A program made the position numbers and the translations under genes. This document shows positions 24,904 to 32,000 of a stretch of DNA of 32,000 nt, piece after piece (the stretch's first letter is position 1; the number at the start of each line of letters is the position of its first letter). The notes under the pieces are model-generated. The model was given only the letters and a program-made list of their open reading frames with translations, was not told the origin of the DNA and made no database searches. Source of the DNA: Vibrio alginolyticus NBRC 15630 = ATCC 17749 (GTDB lineage Bacteria > Pseudomonadota > Gammaproteobacteria > Enterobacterales > Vibrionaceae); NCBI RefSeq assembly GCF_000354175.2, contig NC_022359.1, positions 1,530,001 through 1,562,000 on the forward strand, given 5' to 3'.

Positions 24904-26010
24904 CTATTTTTTGCGACGATTTCGGTTCTTATACACCACGCAAAAGTTACCACGCTTGGTACGACACTTTGAGCAACGCTCACAATCTACTGGTGCGCGA
25001 TTGCCTTCTTTCCAACGTTTGATCAACTGTGGCTCAGCCAATAAAGGGCGTGACACAGCAAAAAACTGGATATCTGTGTTTTCTGCAATTTTCTCAATCG
25101 CATCAATGTCGCTCAGCCCGCCGACAGTAATCACCGGTATACTAACGTCCTGACTGATCACGTGACCATATTCGTGAAAGTAACCTTCTTCTTGTAGTGT
25201 GTAACCATCGAACGTTTGACCAACAAGTTCGTTTGCTTTGCCGTGAACATTGCCAGATACGATGATCGCATCAACGCCTATTTCTTCAAGTTTCTTACAG
25301 ACGACGCGAGTTTCATCGAACGTTAAACCGCCGTCAAAGAACTCTGTTGCCGTCAGTTTAACGAGGATGGGAAATTCGCTTCCAACCAGCTTTCTGGTTT
25401 CAGAATAAATTTCTAAAAGAAAGCGCATGCGATTTTCTAAGTCACCACCATATTCGTCTTCGCGACGATTATAGTACGGGCTTAAAAACTGGTTAATTAA
25501 ATAAGTGTGCGCCGCATGAATCTCTACGCCGTCAAAACCAGCGTCTTGAGCACGTTTGCTCGCCAATGCGAATGCCTTTACGATGTAGTCTATTTCGTCC
25601 TTTGTCATCGCTTTGCCTTGCGTATTTGTACCACGCTCAGGCACGTCACTCGGAGCGAAGATGACACGCTCACCGACGTTATGGGTGGTTTTGGTGCCAC
25701 CGTAAGCAATTTGCATCACGATTTTAGAATCTTGTTGATGTACTAGCTCTGTTAGCTTTTTGTATTCTTCAATAAAAGAGTCGTTGTAGATCCCCATCAT
25801 ACCTGCGTTGGGTTTCTCTTCTTCAACGATATTGGCATAACCTGTAACAATAAGCCCAACTTCCCCTTTCGCAAGCGTTTCGTAAATATCGTAAAGCTTT
25901 GCCGTCATGTGACCATCTTCGGTCGCCATGTTCTCCCACGTTGCGCTTCGCACAAAACGGTTCTTTAGGGTCATGTTGCCAATGCGGGCTTCGGAAAACA
26001 AAATGCTCAA
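24904..26010 (-). CDS. NADH:flavin oxidoreductase, Old Yellow Enzyme family, with C-terminal Cys cluster
   Basis: OYE TIM-barrel sequence (LFSEARIGNMTLKNRFVRSAT, GFDGVEIHAAHTYLINQFLSP). C-terminal CERCSKCRTKRGNFC. TTG start with AAGAGGA 6 nt upstream. Confidence 0.9.
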   Translation of the reverse strand: MSILFSEARIGNMTLKNRFVRSATWENMATEDGHMTAKLYDIYETLAKGEVGLIVTGYANIVEEEKPNAGMMGIYNDSFIEEYKKLTELVHQQDSKIVMQIAYGGTKTTHNVGERVIFAPSDVPERGTNTQGKAMTKDEIDYIVKAFALASKRAQDAGFDGVEIHAAHTYLINQFLSPYYNRREDEYGGDLENRMRFLLEIYSETRKLVGSEFPILVKLTATEFFDGGLTFDETRVVCKKLEEIGVDAIIVSGNVHGKANELVGQTFDGYTLQEEGYFHEYGHVISQDVSIPVITVGGLSDIDAIEKIAENTDIQFFAVSRPLLAEPQLIKRWKEGNRAPVDCERCSKCRTKRGNFCVVYKNRNRRKK

Positions 26011-26059
26011 AACCAGTCCTCTTAAAGTTGTCTTTATGTTTTATCTTTTCGCAAGTAAA

Positions 26060-26105
26060 CAAGAACGAAAAAGGAACAGCGATACACGATGTATGGCTGT
26101 TCCTT
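26060..26105 (-). terminator. strong intrinsic terminator not assigned to any gene
   Basis: On the minus strand, AAGGAACAGC pairs with GCTGTTCCTT (10 bp perfect; + strand 26071-26080 and 26096-26105), with an inner 5-bp stem, followed by TTTTCGTTCTTGTTT. It lies about 55 nt upstream of the oxidoreductase TTG start. Confidence 0.65.
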
Positions 26106-26600
26106 CTCTGAATCCTTGAGACCTGCAAACTACAGGCGCACCTTAATGCCTCGGAGACGACAAAACTTTAATCTGGGTTAAGGTTTAGTGAGTTTTTAGA
26201 TTATGTAAAAGGATGATTCTTAATCGTGTTCATTTCACTGGAGTTAAGATGCTTCCTCACCCACTTTCAGTCGTAAAACTTGTGTATTTCGCTAGCTGGT
26301 GATTCAAATTAAACATTCACATTGTTAGTTTGTATGCTGCTATGGGAACTAGCACTACCCCAAATGTTTACATTACAAACTATCGATATTGAATTCTCAT
26401 ATGGTAAGTAGAGTTATTGCGCTGTTTATACTTTTTAGCTTAATAGTCGCTATCTCTTGGCATTATTGCACGTCAGCAAAAACGTGCTCCACTATGTTTT
26501 ACACACTGGTTGTTTTTACTTTTAGATATGAATACGTGATAGTGAAGCTAGAGGAGGAACAGGAAAAACAGTGAAAATAAAGGACAATAGAAAGTTAAAT

Positions 26601-26622
26601 GACCTTACTTCCAGGTAAGGCC
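26601..26622 (-). terminator. weak hairpin downstream of cyoE
   Basis: GACCTTAC pairs with GTAAGGCC (one mismatch) 58 nt after the cyoE stop. The T-tail is poor (ATTTAACTTT). Confidence 0.3.
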
Positions 26623-26679
26623 ATTCATGCATTCAGCAGCAAAAGATATTGGCGTTTAGCAAACGCTTAGGTTTGGTTG

Positions 26680-27546
26680 TTACAGAGCTAGAGGAATCAA
26701 CTCGACACCAAGCACACCACTGATCCCCATCACCACTAGCAGTGAGACTTTAAACACCGACTTTGACCAAGCGATGTAGTTGTTGTCATCAATGCTGCGA
26801 AAGGTCACTTTCGTCCACATAAAGCAAACAACCGCTGCAACCGCTAAGTATTCATACCCGGCTTCACCTAGTAAAAATAACCCCAACGATACTGCTCCAA
26901 ACGCCACGACATACGCTTTCATGTGTCGATGCGCTTTATGAATACCTTCTTTAACTGGCAATACGGGAATCCCGGCTTCTCGGTAGTCTTGCATGCGAAA
27001 CATGGCAATGGCATACGAGTGCGGCATTTGCCAGAGACAGAACATGGTAAAGAGTAAAATCGCTTCCAAGCTAATGAAGTTTGTTACCGCTAAGTAACCC
27101 ACCAATGGCGGAACTGCACCTGAGATACTTCCCACTAAGGTCCCATACACCGAGTTACGTTTATACCACATCGTGTAAAAGAACACGTAATACACGTAGC
27201 CAAGCAACACGACGACAGCGGATAGTGGGTTCACTCGGATAAATAACAGTGCGGTTCCTACCAGCAATAAAGCAAGTGCATAAACAAACGCAATATCGAT
27301 ATTGATGTTGCCTTTCACTGTTTCACGATTTCGTGTACGTGCCATCTTTTGGTCGATATCACGATCGAAAATATTATTCACCACACAACCTGAAGCGATG
27401 ACTAACCCAACACCAACTAACGTCGTAACGAACAACATTAGACTGGCTGGTTCTGTTTTTGCGGCGAGGAAGAACCCCGCCGCAACAGAAATCAGGTTGC
27501 CGAAAATAATGCCCGGTTTAGTGATAGACAAATAACTTTTCAGCAT
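26680..27546 (-). CDS. cyoE: protoheme IX farnesyltransferase (heme O synthase)
   Basis: UbiA-family polytopic membrane protein (NNIFDRDIDQKMARTRNR motif) and last gene of the cyo operon. The ORF track starts at 27657. ATG 27546 (MLKSYLSITKPGI) matches the usual CyoE N-terminus. Confidence 0.9.
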   Translation of the reverse strand: MLKSYLSITKPGIIFGNLISVAAGFFLAAKTEPASLMLFVTTLVGVGLVIASGCVVNNIFDRDIDQKMARTRNRETVKGNINIDIAFVYALALLLVGTALLFIRVNPLSAVVVLLGYVYYVFFYTMWYKRNSVYGTLVGSISGAVPPLVGYLAVTNFISLEAILLFTMFCLWQMPHSYAIAMFRMQDYREAGIPVLPVKEGIHKAHRHMKAYVVAFGAVSLGLFLLGEAGYEYLAVAAVVCFMWTKVTFRSIDDNNYIAWSKSVFKVSLLVVMGISGVLGVELIPLAL

Positions 27547-27554
27547 ACCTTGAC

Positions 27555-27866
27555 CTACAACTTCATGTTGACGTTCATGTTGTAGATGATCCATACCGAG
27601 CCAGCGATAAGGATAAGTACAACAATGGCGGTAAACATCAGTGATACAAGGTTCCAACGTCCGTCGGATGTTTTTGTTTCCATGTGCAAGAAGTATTTAA
27701 AGTGAACAAATATCTGCACTAATGCACATCCAAATAGAATCGCATAGGTCGTTGTATCTGGTAATGATTTCGTCCAAACAAAGTAGAACGGAATTACCGT
27801 CAGAATCAGTGAGGCAATAAAGCCTTTCACGTAATCTGACGAACTGGTTTCTACATGTTGATCCAT
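27555..27866 (-). CDS. cyoD: cytochrome bo3 ubiquinol oxidase subunit IV
   Basis: 103 aa with three TM segments. Its start overlaps the cyoC stop (TAATG). The ORF track starts at 27911. Confidence 0.87.
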   Translation of the reverse strand: MDQHVETSSSDYVKGFIASLILTVIPFYFVWTKSLPDTTTYAILFGCALVQIFVHFKYFLHMETKTSDGRWNLVSLMFTAIVVLILIAGSVWIIYNMNVNMKL

Positions 27867-28468
27867 TACATTACCCCCAGTAAGTAAACGATGGTAAAGA
27901 CACAAATCCAAACGATATCTAGAAAGTGCCAGAATAGGCTTAAGCAGTTAAAGCGCATTGCCATATTGTCGTTTAGACCTTTCGTCGACAGTTGATGGTA
28001 CGCTACCGCTAACCAAATCAGACCAAAGGTTACGTGCAGGCCGTGCGTACCAACCAACGTAAAGAATGCCGACAGGAATGCACTTGTTTGTGGGCCATAG
28101 CCTTCTTCAATCAGGTGATGGAACTCATAGACCTCCATACAGATAAAGCCAAGACCAAGCGCGAACGTGACTAACATCCAACGTTTGAGACCAGCAACGT
28201 TGTTGCGCTTCATCGCGATAATGCCAAAACCAAATGTGATACTGCTAAACAGCAGCAGCATGGTTTCGACAAAAACGAATGGAAGTTCGAAAATGTCTTT
28301 ACCTGTTGGGCCCGCAATTGAATTGCTCGACAGCACAGCGTAAGTCGCGAACAAGGTCGCAAACAGTACACAGTCACTCATCAGGTAAACCCAGAAACCA
28401 AATAGCTTGTTGCCATTCGTGTCATGGTGGTGATCATGGTCGTGATGTGCTGCGATATTAGTTTGCAT
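27866..28468 (-). CDS. cyoC: cytochrome bo3 ubiquinol oxidase subunit III
   Basis: 200 aa. His-rich N-terminus followed by [24 protein letters not shown], closely matching my recollection of E. coli CyoC. Confidence 0.92.
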   Translation of the reverse strand: MQTNIAAHHDHDHHHDTNGNKLFGFWVYLMSDCVLFATLFATYAVLSSNSIAGPTGKDIFELPFVFVETMLLLFSSITFGFGIIAMKRNNVAGLKRWMLVTFALGLGFICMEVYEFHHLIEEGYGPQTSAFLSAFFTLVGTHGLHVTFGLIWLAVAYHQLSTKGLNDNMAMRFNCLSLFWHFLDIVWICVFTIVYLLGVM

Positions 28469-30494
28469 ACGTCACCTCCAGATCATCTTTACTTTCGCTG
28501 TCTTTCACTGAGTTTTTCTTCGCTTCTTCAAGCTGAGCTCGACGTTCGGCCTCAATTGCTTTGATCTCTTCAACTTCCACGTAGTAATCCACATCATCGT
28601 TATAGCTATGCTGAATACACGTCACGATAATACCGACCAAACTTGCCGCCGCTAGCCACCAGATGTACCAAATCATGCCGAAGCCAAATAGGAGCGACCA
28701 AGCCGACACGTAGATGCCTGTTGCAGTGTTTTTTGGCATATGAATACGTTCGTATTCCACTTCTTTAGTTGGATCGAACTCGCCACTTTGTTTCTGGTAC
28801 CAGAAGGCATCCAGCACATCACCTTTTGGTAGGTGCGCAAAGTTGTAGAACGGCGGTGGAGACGATGTTGCCCACTCAAGAGTACGTCCACCCCACGGGT
28901 CACCAGTTAAATCACGGTTTTGCTCGCGGTCACGGATACTCACGTAAATTTGGATGAACTGAGACAATACGCCCAGCGCAATCACAACCGTACCTGCTGC
29001 GGCAATCGACAACAGTGGGAAGTATTCTGGGTTGATGTCTTGGCTTAAACGACGAGTCATCCCCATAAAGCCCAGCGCGTAAAGCGGTAAGAACGCCATT
29101 AAGAAACCAATAATCCAAAGATAGAACGCGCGTTTGCCCCAAGTTTCATTCATGGTGAAACCGGTCGCTTTCGGGAACCAGTAAGTGATCGCAGCGAAAC
29201 ATCCAAACACCACACCACCAATGATTACGTTATGGAAGTGAGCGATAAGGAATACTGAGTTATGCAGAACGAAATCTGCGCCCGGAACAGCCATTAGTAC
29301 GCCCGTCATACCACCAACAGTAAAGGTGATAAGGAAGCCCACCGTCCACATCATTGGCGTCGTAAAGCGGATGCGGCCTTTGTACATCGTGAATAGCCAG
29401 TTGAAGATCTTCACCCCTGTTGGGATAGAAATGATCATCGTGGCAATACCGAAGAAGGCATTTACGTTCGCGCCAGACCCCATCGTAAAGAAGTGGTGTA
29501 GCCAAACGACAAAGGCAAGAATCGTGATAACTACGGTAGCCCAAACTAGCGATGTGTAACCGAACAACTTTTTACGTGAGAAGGTTGCGGTGACTTCTGA
29601 GAACACACCAAAAATTGGCAAGATCAAAATGTACACTTCTGGGTGACCCCAAGCCCAAATCAGGTTGACGTACATCATTACGTTGCCGCCAAGATCATTG
29701 GTAAAGAAGTGCATGCCTAGGTATCTATCCAGCGTAAGCAGAGCGATAGTCACCGTTAGGATTGGGAATGAAATGATGATCAAAATGTTTGCACACAGAG
29801 ACGCCCAAGTGAAAACTGGCATCTTCATCATTGGCATAGACGGTGTACGCATACGCAAAATGGTCGCGAAGAAGTTCACGCCTGTTAACGTCGTACCAAC
29901 ACCTGATATCTGCAGCGCCCAAATCCAATAGTCGACCCCGACTCCTGGGCTAGCCTCAATACCTGAAAGCGGCGGATACGCCAACCAGCCGGTACGACCA
30001 AATTCACCTAAGCCGAGAGACATGTTTGTTAGGATGACACCTACAACAAACAGCCAGAAGCTCAAGTTATTCAGATACGGGAAAGCTACGTCACGCGCAC
30101 CAATCTGCAATGGCACGATGATGTTCATCAGACCAATGACCAATGGCATCGCTACAAAAAAGATCATGATCACGCCGTGGGCAGTAAAAATTTGATCGTA
30201 GTGATGCGGTGGCAAGTAACCTGCTTCACCCGCAGAAGAAAGGAGTTGCTGACTACGCATCATGACTGCGTCAGCAAAACCACGAACAAGCATCACCATC
30301 GCTACTGCGATGTACATGAAGCCAAGTTTTTTATGGTCTACTGAAGTAAACCATTCATTCCACAAATATTGCCACTTTCCGGCTTTGGTCACCGCGTAAA
30401 CTACGGCTAAACCAACCAGCGCCACAACCGCTAGGGTGATGACGATAATAGGTTCGTGGAATGGAACTGAATCAAGAGTTAATCTTCCAAACAT
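28458..30494 (-). CDS. cyoB: cytochrome bo3 ubiquinol oxidase subunit I
   Basis: 678-aa heme-copper oxidase subunit I ([41 protein letters not shown]). Confidence 0.96.
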   Translation of the reverse strand: MFGRLTLDSVPFHEPIIVITLAVVALVGLAVVYAVTKAGKWQYLWNEWFTSVDHKKLGFMYIAVAMVMLVRGFADAVMMRSQQLLSSAGEAGYLPPHHYDQIFTAHGVIMIFFVAMPLVIGLMNIIVPLQIGARDVAFPYLNNLSFWLFVVGVILTNMSLGLGEFGRTGWLAYPPLSGIEASPGVGVDYWIWALQISGVGTTLTGVNFFATILRMRTPSMPMMKMPVFTWASLCANILIIISFPILTVTIALLTLDRYLGMHFFTNDLGGNVMMYVNLIWAWGHPEVYILILPIFGVFSEVTATFSRKKLFGYTSLVWATVVITILAFVVWLHHFFTMGSGANVNAFFGIATMIISIPTGVKIFNWLFTMYKGRIRFTTPMMWTVGFLITFTVGGMTGVLMAVPGADFVLHNSVFLIAHFHNVIIGGVVFGCFAAITYWFPKATGFTMNETWGKRAFYLWIIGFLMAFLPLYALGFMGMTRRLSQDINPEYFPLLSIAAAGTVVIALGVLSQFIQIYVSIRDREQNRDLTGDPWGGRTLEWATSSPPPFYNFAHLPKGDVLDAFWYQKQSGEFDPTKEVEYERIHMPKNTATGIYVSAWSLLFGFGMIWYIWWLAAASLVGIIVTCIQHSYNDDVDYYVEVEEIKAIEAERRAQLEEAKKNSVKDSESKDDLEVTYAN

Positions 30495-30499
30495 TACGA

Positions 30500-31381
30500 T
30501 TATCCTTGGTTTTCAGGCAAACAGTTCATTGAACCAGGATGCTGAGTCACAACGTCGGTGAACAAGAACGGAGGAACGCTAGAGAACAAAGTGACTGGCT
30601 CTGCGATACTTGGCGCTGCCAGTGAGCTGTATTGCTCCCAATCTTCAATACGATCAGGGCTCGCCTTCACTTTCTGCACCCAATTTAGGAACGCAGCACG
30701 ATCAGACATTGCTGAAGCTGTGAACTTCATTTGCGAAAAGCCTTCGCCGCTGTAGTTCGATGCAAAACCCTTATAGTCACCTTCGTGGTTCGCTATGAGG
30801 TTGAGCTTGGTTACCATTCCTGGCATCGCGTAGATCTGTGTACCTAAGCGAGGGATGAAAAACGCGTTCATGATGTTGTCCGAAGTCAGTTTGAACTGCA
30901 CTGGCACGTCTTTCGGGAACGCCACATAGTTCACCGTCGCAATGTTTTCCTCTGGATAGATGAACAACCATTTCCAATCGAGTGACACCACTTCGATGGT
31001 CATTGGTTTAACATCACTTTCCAAAGGTTTGGATGGCTCTAGTTCATGAGTCGAACGCCATGTGATCGTCGCAAGAATCGCAATGATGATGATTGGAATT
31101 GTCCATACCACCACTTCGATTTTGGTCGAGTGTGACCACTCGGGTGCGTACTCTTCTTCAGTATTAGAGGCGCGGTATCGGTAAGCGAAGTAAATCGTCA
31201 TTAAAATCACAGGGATTACAACGATCAACATCAGCAAAAGAGCAGTAATAATTAACTCTTTTTCTTGCACACCAATGGCACCTTTGGGGTCAAGTAAAGC
31301 TGAATTACATCCTGAGAGCATAAGTATGACGGACGCCAAACTTCCCCTCGACAAGATGCGTTTATATCTTGAGGCTTCCAT
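30500..31381 (-). CDS. cyoA: cytochrome bo3 ubiquinol oxidase subunit II (lipoprotein)
   Basis: Lipobox LSGC followed by NSALLDPKG, as in E. coli CyoA, then two TM segments and a cupredoxin-like domain ([26 protein letters not shown]). The ORF track starts at 31426; ATG 31381 is preferred. Confidence 0.92.
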   Translation of the reverse strand: MEASRYKRILSRGSLASVILMLSGCNSALLDPKGAIGVQEKELIITALLLMLIVVIPVILMTIYFAYRYRASNTEEEYAPEWSHSTKIEVVVWTIPIIIIAILATITWRSTHELEPSKPLESDVKPMTIEVVSLDWKWLFIYPEENIATVNYVAFPKDVPVQFKLTSDNIMNAFFIPRLGTQIYAMPGMVTKLNLIANHEGDYKGFASNYSGEGFSQMKFTASAMSDRAAFLNWVQKVKASPDRIEDWEQYSSLAAPSIAEPVTLFSSVPPFLFTDVVTQHPGSMNCLPENQG

Positions 31382-32000
31382 TAACTTTCTCGATGGTTGT
31401 CTGGTTTCAAAACAGATGCCAATCAAAGTAAATAAGAGCTCACAAATTGCGCAGAGGTAATGTATGAGAACAAGAAGAAACTTCGATAAGTAGTTATTCT
31501 ACTTACAATTTTTCAACTTCGTCATCAAGCATTTAACCAGCTAGAATGAACCGTTATTTGCTACGATACGATTGGTATCAAGCCAAGAACCAGTTGTTAT
31601 AGTCATTAGAATGTTTATGTGTTGAGCATGAGTAACGTCGGGTTCAGAGCGAAACAAAACGGAATTGAGTGGAGATCAAAACCACACTCTTAGTGTGAGT
31701 TTATTGTTACACTTTGAAACACTATGTTACATTTGGCGCATTATGAGGAGTAAAAAGTTAAAGCTCATTAGCCACAACTGGAAACTAACCTTCCATTAAT
31801 GGAAGTTACACACTTTAAATAGAATATTAACCTCAACACGAATTTCTCGTGCTTCAACAATTAATTATTTAAAAACAAATAGTTGAAACTTAAAATTGAT
31901 GAGACTGACTATCAACTTCATTTACGCAGATAGCCTTAATGAGAAGCGGAAACTAAAAAACCAAAAGTGTGATCAACATCAAATTAATGATTTCACTTAA

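Noticed and set aside
25823-26128. 101-aa minus-strand ORF reaching upstream of the flavin oxidoreductase start.
   Set aside because: It is out of frame with the oxidoreductase and overlaps its N-terminal coding region and the terminator hairpin. The OYE frame with a TTG start and strong SD explains the region better.
26389-26574. 61-aa hydrophobic ORF (TTG start; internal ATG at 26401), considered as a small membrane protein or type I toxin.
   Set aside because: No Shine-Dalgarno sequence precedes either start, and AT-rich DNA readily yields hydrophobic ORFs. No antisense RNA signal could be identified. It is mentioned only within the intergenic finding.
27866-28468. His-rich N-terminus of CyoC ([11 protein letters not shown]), considered as an unusual metal-binding tag.
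   Set aside because: As far as I recall, E. coli CyoC has a comparable His-rich N-terminus (HAHEHGHHD). This appears to be a normal family feature.
31896-31915. TTGAT...ATCAA dyad upstream of cyoA, considered as an FNR site.
   Set aside because: The FNR consensus has a 4-bp spacer (TTGAT-N4-ATCAA), whereas this spacer is 10 bp. It is kept only as an unexplained dyad in the cyo upstream finding.
1-32000. Search for mobile elements, CRISPR arrays, tRNA/rRNA genes, long direct or inverted repeats, and phage or defence genes.
   Set aside because: None was seen. No ORF shows transposase, integrase, Cas or nuclease-helicase motifs. There are no regularly spaced repeats and no cloverleaf-like GC-rich segments in intergenic DNA. 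By eye, composition is fairly even across the genes.

Overview
The window looks like gammaproteobacterial chromosome, and gene content and protein similarity suggest Vibrionaceae (an inference, not tested). It is densely coding, with about 27 CDS. I found no rRNA, tRNA, CRISPR array, transposase or integrase.

Gene order, left to right:
1. The 3' part of a branched-chain-type 2-oxo acid dehydrogenase operon (E1 alpha tail, E1 beta, E2). It converges on a lone etfA, which is divergent from an ETF-ubiquinone oxidoreductase gene.
2. Two LysR/detoxification modules: LysR with a DJ-1/PfpI protein, and a GST with LysR.
3. A Tat-signal intradiol-dioxygenase-like gene.
4. An artPIQM arginine ABC transporter operon with candidate ARG boxes.
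5. A 707-aa secreted protein of unknown function, whose 3' end appears frameshifted at a T6 run.
6. An orphan OpuAC/ProX-type betaine-binding protein.
7. A SnoaL-like gene.
8. A six-gene minus-strand operon (RidA, aldehyde dehydrogenase, degenerate M19 dipeptidase-like protein, BCCT transporter, 578-aa unknown, 243-aa unknown) under a divergent LysR gene.
9. An Old Yellow Enzyme-type flavin oxidoreductase.
10. A 670-bp non-coding gap containing an unassigned intrinsic terminator.
11. The cyoABCDE cytochrome bo3 oxidase operon with a long AT-rich upstream region.

The best candidate for an undescribed system is the BCCT-linked operon at 16.5-23.8 kb. Its transporter and neighbouring binding protein point to an onium-type osmolyte substrate. 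None of the known catabolic enzymes for such compounds is present. Two translationally coupled proteins that I cannot assign to any family sit at its distal end.

All functional calls come from reading the translated ORFs by eye, and no database search was run. Many starts were trimmed relative to the ORF track, which also uses TTG/GTG starts.
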